From the NCBI GenBank assembly GCA_040081625.1, contig JBEBGD010000112.1, positions 1-18,403 on the forward strand: a stretch of 18,403 bases of DNA, given 5' to 3'. Made by a program: the position numbers and the translations under genes. The notes beneath the pieces are model-generated. The model had not been told where the DNA came from and made no database searches. It was given only the letters and a program-made list of their open reading frames with translations. The stretch is from Chthoniobacteraceae bacterium (lineage in GTDB: Bacteria > Verrucomicrobiota > Verrucomicrobiia > Chthoniobacterales > Chthoniobacteraceae). Below, in pieces: positions 6,998 to 13,710 of the stretch (the stretch's first letter is position 1; every line of letters begins with the position of its first letter).

Positions 6998-7521
6998 AGG
7001 GATGCGAGCGGCCAGGGCTCGTGAAGTTTGCGCGCACCGGTGCGGCGGCGCTTGCAGTCCTCGCGCGCGCGGTCGGACTTGTCGCCACGGCTGCGGAGCT
7101 GCGGATGCCGGCGCTGAAGCTGCCGATAGATGATCTGCACCGCGGCGCGGCCCACGCCGAACTGCGCGCCGATCGCCTCGAAGCTGCGGCCTTCGTGCCC
7201 GAGCAGGCGGAGATAGCACACCGCGCGCAGCGCGTAGTGGCGATCGGTGTCGCGGCTCATGTATTGCAGCACGCGGGCGAGCAAGGCCACGGTGTCTGCC
7301 GGCGCCACCGCCCCACTGACGGCGACGCCGGCACTTTCCGACGCGGCGAGGCCAAGGTCGAGCAGCTCGAGCGCTGTCACACGGAAGGCGGCGTGATCGC
7401 GCGGCAACCTGCCGCGGAATTGCGCGAAGGGCTCGGCGAGCACGTCGCGCAGGGAGTCGCAGTGCGGCTCCTGCGGAGGGCAGGAAGCGAGCGGGCTGTC
7501 AGCGAGGTCGCAATCGCGCAT
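6967..7521 (-). CDS. HTH DNA-binding protein, sigma70 region-4-like (184 aa)
   Basis: RSFEAIGAQFGVGRAAVQIIYRQL helix-turn-helix followed by a basic tail. Confidence 0.65.
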   Translation of the reverse strand: MRDCDLADSPLASCPPQEPHCDSLRDVLAEPFAQFRGRLPRDHAAFRVTALELLDLGLAASESAGVAVSGAVAPADTVALLARVLQYMSRDTDRHYALRAVCYLRLLGHEGRSFEAIGAQFGVGRAAVQIIYRQLQRRHPQLRSRGDKSDRAREDCKRRRTGARKLHEPWPLASLWRNPLPIAA

Positions 7522-7711
7522 TGTAGGGTGATGGCCACACGGGGATTTGCGCTAGCGACGCGGCCCGCAATGGAAAGCACGGCGAACATTTTGCAAGCCC
7601 GGCGAGCACACGGGCGCGGTTCATCCGAGGATTTGCGCGCCCGTGGCGGTCGCTAGACGGCGGGGCGTGTATGTCAAAACGACGGGCGCCGGGCAAATAC
7701 TTAACGAACAT
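7499..7711 (-). CDS. Possible small ORF or leader peptide (70 aa, MFVKYLPG...)
   Basis: AAGGAGG Shine-Dalgarno and TGATG overlap with the terL stop, but atypical composition and it overlaps the structured RNA. Confidence 0.3.
   Translation of the reverse strand: MFVKYLPGARRFDIHAPPSSDRHGRANPRMNRARVLAGLAKCSPCFPLRAASLAQIPVWPSPYNARLRPR
7552..7656 (-). ncRNA. Candidate structured RNA (three-way junction, about 105 nt)
   Basis: Closing stem 7649-7656/7552-7559 (8 bp), stem 7636-7645/7609-7618 (10 bp), stem 7591-7599/7562-7570 (9 bp with 2 G-U pairs only on the minus strand); begins after a 15-nt spacer following TTGACA (7672-7677). Confidence 0.5.
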
Positions 7712-9822
7712 CAAGCCTCCTTCTTCGCCGCGCCGGCGGCGCGCTCGGCGCGGATCTCGTCGAGCATTTCCTCGATCGTGCCGGAGAGGACGCGCTGCAT
7801 CTTTTCGCAGTCGCCGAGATGGTTGTCGCCGAATGCCTTCCAGACCAGGCGCTGATTCTCCTCGACCTGCCGCTCGGCGCAAAGCTGCGTGCGGTAGTCC
7901 TTGTCGAGGTCGGCGGGGAGCCACCATTGCACGGCGTCGCCCACGCCGTTCACGCCGTCGCGCACGCACGAGTAATAGAGATCGGCGGCGAAGTAGTCGC
8001 TCCACGCCCAGCAGAGATCGATGGCGTCGTCCATGATCGGCGTGAGGCGGATGGTGTTGCCGCGCGTCTTGGATTGATCGCCGCCCTTGTAGGGCGTGAA
8101 GACCTCGGCGTTGGCGAGGCAGAACTCATAGACCTTCTTGTTCGTCTCCGCCTCGAAGCCGGAATCGACGAGGCCGCGCGTGACCATGTATTGACGCTCG
8201 CCTCCGCTCGCGCCGAACTTGAACCGGCGCAGACGGCCGGTGCGATCGGCGAGCAGGCCGCACAGTTCGAGGATTTGATTCCAGCTCACGGCCTCGCCCC
8301 AATCGACGAGCGCGCTCCACGCGGGCTGCTCGGGATGATCCCACAGGATGCCCCATGCCCGGATGCAGAACCAGAATTGCTCGCCCTGGCAATCGACGGT
8401 CATCGAAAGCTCCTCGGCTTCCATGGGAATCTGCCCGCGCACGTAGCGCACCGGCGTGCGCGCGATGACGCGGTCGAGATCGTCTTCCTTGATCGCGGTG
8501 CGGGCGCGCGTGAACGGGAGGCCGCACGTCATGTTCGTCCACTTGATGAGCGCGCCGAGGTTGCCCTTCGCCTCGAGGAATTCCTTGGCGATGGTGCCCC
8601 AGCGCATGAACGGGCTGAGCGCGGCCCAGAGGTGGACGCTGATGCGATCGGCGGGCGCGTGCGGATGGTGCGCGACGAGGCGGTAGCGCGGGAGCATCCA
8701 CTTGAGATCGATCCACTCGATCGGCTGTTTGCAGTGCGCGCATTCGTAGGTGGTGCCGCGATGCACGGCGTCGAGATCCCAGCCGACGCGGACGGCTTCG
8801 GTCTGCGTGGGATCGTCGATCCGCGGGCGCGTGCCCATGATGGCGAACTGATCGAACTTGAAGCGCCCCGTGGTTTCCTCGCGCCACTTCTCGCGCGGCG
8901 TGTCGGCGGGGAAGGCGCGCAGCCTGGCGTCGAACGGGACGAGTTTCTTTTGGCTCGTGAAGGTGAGGCGCTGCCAGCCGGCGAGGTCCGGATCGTAGCT
9001 GAGCCGCGACCATCCCGGCGCGCAGTCCGCGGGCGCGGGCGGCGTGAACACAGGAATTGGCTTTCGCGTGCCTTTGCGACGCTTGCGCGCGCGGGCGGCG
9101 GTGCAGTGCGGACACGGCAAATACGGCCAGTGCTGCGAGCCGGCGAGGAACTTCAGCCAGATCGGCGACAGTTCGCCGCCGTCGCCGGGCGTGGAGTTGA
9201 GCAGGATGAGCCGCGTGTCCTCGAAGAGGATCGTGCGCGCCTCGACCTTGTCGTAGCTGGCGGCGTCGCGCTCGATCGAGCGCCGGCATCGATCCAGCTC
9301 ATTGCCGATGAAGAGCTCGGCGTTGAACCCGTGCAGATCCGCCTCGGCGCCGCTGGCGATGAGCCGCAGGATTTTTCCTCGAAAGGTTTTCCAGAGCGTG
9401 GTCCACGCGGTGCGGGTGACGATCGCAAGGGCCCAGACCGGCGGGCACTGTCGCAGGAAGGCCTCGAGCTCGGTGCGCACGAACTTCTTCGCGGAGACGC
9501 CGCTCGGCTCGAGCCAGACGACGTGCCCGAACTTCTCGGCGATCCAGTAGAGCGCGAAGCAGATCGAGATGAGCGTCTTGCCCACACGCGCGCTGGCGCA
9601 GAGCGTGAGGTAGTGGACGCCGCGGCGCTGCGCGAGATCGAAGATACCCTCGAGCAGCGGGAAGCGGCCCGTGCGCAGCGGCCCCGGGAAGGGTCCGCCG
9701 CTCTCCTCGGGCACGCGCACGTTGGCATTCACCCACTCGACCAGGCTCACGCGCGGGCGCGGCTTGAGGATCGCGCGGATGAGGCCGCGCAGCCATTGCT
9801 TCGCGTCGAGGAAGGCGGTCAT
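7711..9822 (-). CDS. terL: Terminase large subunit, lambda GpA family (703 aa)
   Basis: Walker A ASARVGKT, Walker B-like LFIGNELD, NSTP coupling motif, CPHC/CAHC, nuclease motifs TVDCQ, VDSG and NHLGDCE. Confidence 0.95.
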   Translation of the reverse strand: MTAFLDAKQWLRGLIRAILKPRPRVSLVEWVNANVRVPEESGGPFPGPLRTGRFPLLEGIFDLAQRRGVHYLTLCASARVGKTLISICFALYWIAEKFGHVVWLEPSGVSAKKFVRTELEAFLRQCPPVWALAIVTRTAWTTLWKTFRGKILRLIASGAEADLHGFNAELFIGNELDRCRRSIERDAASYDKVEARTILFEDTRLILLNSTPGDGGELSPIWLKFLAGSQHWPYLPCPHCTAARARKRRKGTRKPIPVFTPPAPADCAPGWSRLSYDPDLAGWQRLTFTSQKKLVPFDARLRAFPADTPREKWREETTGRFKFDQFAIMGTRPRIDDPTQTEAVRVGWDLDAVHRGTTYECAHCKQPIEWIDLKWMLPRYRLVAHHPHAPADRISVHLWAALSPFMRWGTIAKEFLEAKGNLGALIKWTNMTCGLPFTRARTAIKEDDLDRVIARTPVRYVRGQIPMEAEELSMTVDCQGEQFWFCIRAWGILWDHPEQPAWSALVDWGEAVSWNQILELCGLLADRTGRLRRFKFGASGGERQYMVTRGLVDSGFEAETNKKVYEFCLANAEVFTPYKGGDQSKTRGNTIRLTPIMDDAIDLCWAWSDYFAADLYYSCVRDGVNGVGDAVQWWLPADLDKDYRTQLCAERQVEENQRLVWKAFGDNHLGDCEKMQRVLSGTIEEMLDEIRAERAAGAAKKEA

Positions 9823-10766
9823 TTCTTGCGTGCGCGCTTCTTCTTCTCATCCCGAGCGGAGCCGGGGAACCGCCTGCTTTTCCGACGAGAGGTGACAGGC
9901 CCTTGGGCTTCGCTCAGGGTGACAGGGGAGGGCGGCGCGGTGTCTGCGACGACGCCCGGCGGCGCCGAGCCCTCGATCACGCGACGGCCGATGCGGCGCA
10001 GGCACTCCTCGAGCAGCGTGGTGAGCTGCGCGCGCTGCGCGTCGTCGAGCCCGGCGATGCCGGCGACGACTTCCGCCGGCACGATCTCGACGTAGCGCGC
10101 GGCGTGCAGGTCGCGCAGGTCGGCATCGATCTCGTCGCGCAGGCGGTCCTCGATCTCGGCCACGTCGCGCAGGCCGGCGATGAAGCGCGCGACGCGCGGG
10201 GCGAACATGGCCATCTTGATATGCACCGCGGCGAGCGTGGCGCCGAGCGGCACCTCGAGATCGGCGGCGACGAGCAGCGTGCCGCACAGCGTGTCGAGCT
10301 GGGCCTGGCGCTTGTCGGTGATGAGCTTCTTCTCGAACTTGTCCCAGTCGGCCTTGCTGCCCCCGATGAGCGGCGGATGGATGACGGGCGGCTGCCCGTC
10401 TTCGGGCTCCGCGCCGCCGTGGCCCGACACATGATCGGCGGCGCGCTTGAGGCCGTGTAGGATCATCCACCCGGCGAACGCGGCCACGTCGAGACGGCCG
10501 TCTGCTTGCGGCTTCGGGCAATCGGGTGCGTAGCGCGGATCCTTGCGCCACTCCTGCAGGCTGCGGCGGGTGGTGCCGAGGCGCTGCGCGAGTTCGTCCC
10601 ACGTCGGCGCGAACGCGGAGGCCGCGTCGCCGGCGCCGCCGACCTTCGCCTGGGCGAGCAACGCGGCTTCGCGCGCGGTCGGCGTTTTGCCGGCGCTGAT
10701 CTTTCGGATGATGTTGGCGAGCTGTCGGGCTTCGAGCCGGGCGACGTCGTCGGGCGTGAGCTTCAC
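9819..10766 (-). CDS. Terminase small subunit-like protein (Nu1-type HTH, 315 aa)
   Basis: TWDELAQRLGTTRRSLQEWRK winged-HTH, helical middle region, ATGA coupling to terL. Confidence 0.75.
   Translation of the reverse strand: MKLTPDDVARLEARQLANIIRKISAGKTPTAREAALLAQAKVGGAGDAASAFAPTWDELAQRLGTTRRSLQEWRKDPRYAPDCPKPQADGRLDVAAFAGWMILHGLKRAADHVSGHGGAEPEDGQPPVIHPPLIGGSKADWDKFEKKLITDKRQAQLDTLCGTLLVAADLEVPLGATLAAVHIKMAMFAPRVARFIAGLRDVAEIEDRLRDEIDADLRDLHAARYVEIVPAEVVAGIAGLDDAQRAQLTTLLEECLRRIGRRVIEGSAPPGVVADTAPPSPVTLSEAQGPVTSRRKSRRFPGSARDEKKKRARKK
9847..9923. repeat. Palindromic GTCA(T/C)CCTGAGC-type repeat element inserted in frame in the terS 3' end
   Basis: Arms 9847-9863 and 9906-9922 are complementary at 14/17 positions; related to 3802-3841. 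Confidence 0.65.
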
Positions 10767-10781
10767 GCCGACGCGGCTGCG

Positions 10782-11036
10782 TCAACGCTTCGGCAGCCGG
10801 GCGCGGATCTCGCGCGGGTAGAATTCCTCGAGCGGGGCGCGCAGGACCCGCGCGAGGATGGCGAGCTCGCCGTCGGTGAGGATGCGGCGGCCGAGTTCGA
10901 TGTTGGCGATGATGGCGCGGGAGACATCCCAGCCGGCGAGCTGGCACTTGGCGGCAAGTTGTTCCTGCGAGATGTCGCCGCGGATCCGGACGAGCTCGCG
11001 GCCGCAGACGTTGAGCGAGGCGGGTTTGGAGGCCAC
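10782..11036 (-). CDS. XRE-family HTH regulator (84 aa)
   Basis: ISQEQLAAKCQLAGWDVSRAIIANIELGRRILTDGEL; GTG start assumed. Confidence 0.85.
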   Translation of the reverse strand: MASKPASLNVCGRELVRIRGDISQEQLAAKCQLAGWDVSRAIIANIELGRRILTDGELAILARVLRAPLEEFYPREIRARLPKR

Positions 11037-11060
11037 GCTTGACGATAGCGGGCGCGCCCG

Positions 11061-11276
11061 GTGTGCTGCTGTGCAGTGGGCTGCACAAACACCGAAGCAC
11101 TCAAGCTCCCCGATCAACTGCTCGTGCGGTATTTTCGCGCGGGCGAGATCGAGGCGATCGCGAAGGTGAAGCCGGGGAAGGACGGGAGTTTCGTCGTGTC
11201 ACTTCGCGATCCGAAGCGCACCGACCACTGGCGGGATCTCGGCGGCGGGCTTGGCTTTGTGCCGGAGGGCGAGTAG
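11061..11276 (+). CDS. Hypothetical protein (71 aa), first gene of the inverted cassette
   Basis: GTG start preceded by TTGACG-N16; ends 11 nt before the next gene. Confidence 0.5.
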   Translation: MCCCAVGCTNTEALKLPDQLLVRYFRAGEIEAIAKVKPGKDGSFVVSLRDPKRTDHWRDLGGGLGFVPEGE

Positions 11277-11287
11277 CGTCGGCGCCC

Positions 11288-12001
11288 GTGACTGCCGACA
11301 TCGCGATTCATTGCGTCTATTCCGATCTGCGCGCGCCGTTTTTGCTCAAGCCGAATCCGGACAATCCGAACCGGCACTCGGCGCATCAGATCCAACTGCT
11401 CGCGTCGATCATCCAGGAGCAGGGCTGGCGGAATCCGATCACGGTGAGCAAGCGCAGCGGGTTCGTGGTGCGCGGACACGGCCGGCTCGAGGCGGCGATG
11501 TTGCTCGGGTGCGAGCAGGTGCCGGTGGATGAGCAGGACTACGACAGCGAGGCGGCCGAACTCGCGGACTTGATCGCGGACAACCGGCTCTCGGAACTCG
11601 CGGAGCTGGACGAGGCCGGGCTGCGCGCGGTGATGGAGCGGATCAAGGCGGCGGACCCGGACTTCGATCGCGAGCTGACGGGGTTCGGCGAGGATGAGAT
11701 CGCGCGGTTGTTCGACGAAATGGATGACGCGGCCGTCGATGATCGGATCCCGAAGATGGAGTGCCAGGCGTTCGAGCATCACGATTACCTCGTGTTCATG
11801 TTCCACGATCTGCGCGACTGGATGCAGGCGGTGCAGCTCCTCGGCGTGAAGCAGGTGGATGCGTCGATCACGCGCGGCGCGCGGAAGATCGGCGTCGGGC
11901 GGGTCATCAACGGGAAGCGGCTGCTGGCGATCTTGCAGCCGGGCGGTGCGGAATTGCAGCCGGCTGCCGGAAACGCGGCGGAAATTGCATCGCAGCCGTG
12001 A
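11288..12001 (+). CDS. ParB/Srx N-terminal-domain protein of the phage packaging-associated type (237 aa)
   Basis: LKPNPDNPNRH, SIIQEQGWRNPITV, VVRGHGRLEAA, LIADNRLSEL; no methyltransferase domain follows. Confidence 0.88.
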   Translation: MTADIAIHCVYSDLRAPFLLKPNPDNPNRHSAHQIQLLASIIQEQGWRNPITVSKRSGFVVRGHGRLEAAMLLGCEQVPVDEQDYDSEAAELADLIADNRLSELAELDEAGLRAVMERIKAADPDFDRELTGFGEDEIARLFDEMDDAAVDDRIPKMECQAFEHHDYLVFMFHDLRDWMQAVQLLGVKQVDASITRGARKIGVGRVINGKRLLAILQPGGAELQPAAGNAAEIASQP

Positions 12002-12123
12002 GCCTCCGCAATTGGCCCACGCTCTTGATCGCCTGCGCATTGCTCTACGCCTCATGGCAGATCGGAAGTGAGATGCTGCTGGCTGTCGGTGTGATGGCAC
12101 TCTTCTATGGTCTTGCCCGCTGA
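11998..12123 (+). CDS. Small membrane protein (41 aa, two hydrophobic segments)
   Basis: GTGA overlap; WPTLLIACALLYASW and MLLAVGVMALFYGLA. Confidence 0.5.
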   Translation: MSLRNWPTLLIACALLYASWQIGSEMLLAVGVMALFYGLAR

Positions 12124-12883
12124 CTCGTTTTCCTCGCTCTCGATTCGGCTGGTGATCATGTCGCGCGGGCGGGCGCGGACGATGACGAGTCACCGTCTTT
12201 TTCCAACGGCGACGATCGTGGTGCCGGAGCGGGAGTTCATCGACTACGTCATGCTCGCGGTGGACAACGTGCCGATCTCCCCGCGGCTGGAGACGATCCC
12301 GGATTCGGTCACCGGCATCAGCGCGGTGCGAAACTGGATCGTCGCGCACTTCCCCGAGGACGCGATCGTGATGATCGACGACGACATCAAGGCGTGCGTG
12401 GCGCTGGTGTCGCTGCGGTGCCGGAAGCTGCTGCCTGCGGAGATCTCGGCGATGATCAGCAACACGGCGCACTGCGCGGCCGGCGCGGGGGCGCGGATCT
12501 TCGGGTGGCATCAGCGCAGCGATCCGAAGCTGCTCAACCGGTGCGATCCGTTCGGGCTGCATCATTGGGTCGGCGGCGTGCTCGGCGTGATCGGCAAGGA
12601 GACGCGCTGGGACGAGCTGCTGCGCTGCAAGTGCGACATCGATGCGTGCCTCACCGAGTTCATGGAGCGGCGGATCGTGTGGCAGGATGCGCGGTTCTGC
12701 TTCGTGCAGGAGCGCGACAAGAATCTCGGCGGCAACTCGCTCTTCCGCTCGTCGGAGCGGATCGCGGTCGAGCGGCGCTACCTCAAGTCGAAGTGGAAGG
12801 CGCACATTCGATTCGAGGAATACAAGAGCCAGGAGCGCGTGGCGATCGACGTGGTGCGCCGGCAGCCGGTGGCTTTGGTATGA
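12107..12883 (+). CDS. GT-A fold glycosyltransferase, TAGT/GREB1-like (258 aa)
   Basis: VIMSRGR, GISAVRNWI, IVMIDDDI (DxD), KCDID, NLGGN and LKSKW motifs. Confidence 0.8.
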   Translation: MVLPADSFSSLSIRLVIMSRGRARTMTSHRLFPTATIVVPEREFIDYVMLAVDNVPISPRLETIPDSVTGISAVRNWIVAHFPEDAIVMIDDDIKACVALVSLRCRKLLPAEISAMISNTAHCAAGAGARIFGWHQRSDPKLLNRCDPFGLHHWVGGVLGVIGKETRWDELLRCKCDIDACLTEFMERRIVWQDARFCFVQERDKNLGGNSLFRSSERIAVERRYLKSKWKAHIRFEEYKSQERVAIDVVRRQPVALV

Positions 12884-13155
12884 ACAGGCCGGAACTCACC
12901 ATCGAGACGACGCCCGGAGTTCCGCCGACCTATCGGCTCGTGGGATGGGACAGGCTCGACGGCTACGCAGTAGCGAACGTGCCGCTCTGGTGCGCGATCA
13001 CCCACAAATGTGATCACGCCGGGATCGCCGAAATGGATCGGCTGAAAATGCTCTGCGCCGCGCTGCTCGCTGACACGGAGAAGATGAAGGATATCGCGTT
13101 GGACTACGCACGCCGCGGCGATTCGACTCGGGCGCTGCCTCTACTTCCCGAATAG
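12880..13155 (+). CDS. Hypothetical protein (91 aa, MNRPELTI...)
   Basis: ATGA overlap with the glycosyltransferase; converges on and overlaps the next gene by 15 nt. Confidence 0.6.
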   Translation: MNRPELTIETTPGVPPTYRLVGWDRLDGYAVANVPLWCAITHKCDHAGIAEMDRLKMLCAALLADTEKMKDIALDYARRGDSTRALPLLPE

Positions 13156-13710
13156 GTCCGGGCCTTGGTCTGGGAGATCGTCGAAATGGCCGCGCTGCTT
13201 GCGTTTTAAGGCGCGCTGTTCTTCACGGAAGAAGTCGGCCTTGGTCTTACCCTGACGCCTGCCTTTGAGGGTGTGGCAGTCGAAGGCGTAGTCGGGGACT
13301 TCGACACGGCCGGCTTTGCGCAGATCGCGCGCGAGGTCGCAGAGCTTCACGCCGATGCGTTCGTCGTAGATGAAGTTTTGCAGGTGGTCGGCGTCGCGGT
13401 TCTTCTTCGCGGCGCAGAGGATGATGACGGCTTTGCTGATGAAGATGCGGCCCCGGTGCTCGCGGGCTTTGCGGCCTTTGTTCACGAGTTCGTAGCTATC
13501 ATGGAGGGCCTTCACTTCGCTGGTGAGGATGCCCCAGCAATCCTCGGCGCTGATGGTGAGCAGGCGGCGCCACGTGTAGGGGCCGAAGCCGCTGGTCCAG
13601 AGTTCGAGCGCCCAATAGCCGGCGAGTTTCACGTCGCCGCGGCGGACGGCTTTCTGCATGGCGCTGGCGACTTCGCCGAGATCGTAACCGCGTTTGGTGC
13701 GGATTCTCAT
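13141..13710 (-). CDS. Stand-alone RarA/MgsA C-terminal-like helical protein (189 aa), no ATPase domain
   Basis: SAMQKAVRRGD..A.YW, RRLLTISAED, AVIILCAAKK, PDYAFDCHT motifs; no Walker A. Confidence 0.8.
   Translation of the reverse strand: MRIRTKRGYDLGEVASAMQKAVRRGDVKLAGYWALELWTSGFGPYTWRRLLTISAEDCWGILTSEVKALHDSYELVNKGRKAREHRGRIFISKAVIILCAAKKNRDADHLQNFIYDERIGVKLCDLARDLRKAGRVEVPDYAFDCHTLKGRRQGKTKADFFREEQRALKRKQRGHFDDLPDQGPDLFGK

Noticed and set aside
1297..10095. Long + strand ORFs (928, 758, 383 aa and others)
   Set aside because: Antisense shadows of GC3-rich minus-strand genes with no recognisable motifs
11998..12123. Holin call for the 41-aa membrane protein
   Set aside because: Very short, and no endolysin nearby
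11114..12805. 563-aa minus-strand ORF
   Set aside because: Antisense to the well-supported ParB-N and glycosyltransferase genes
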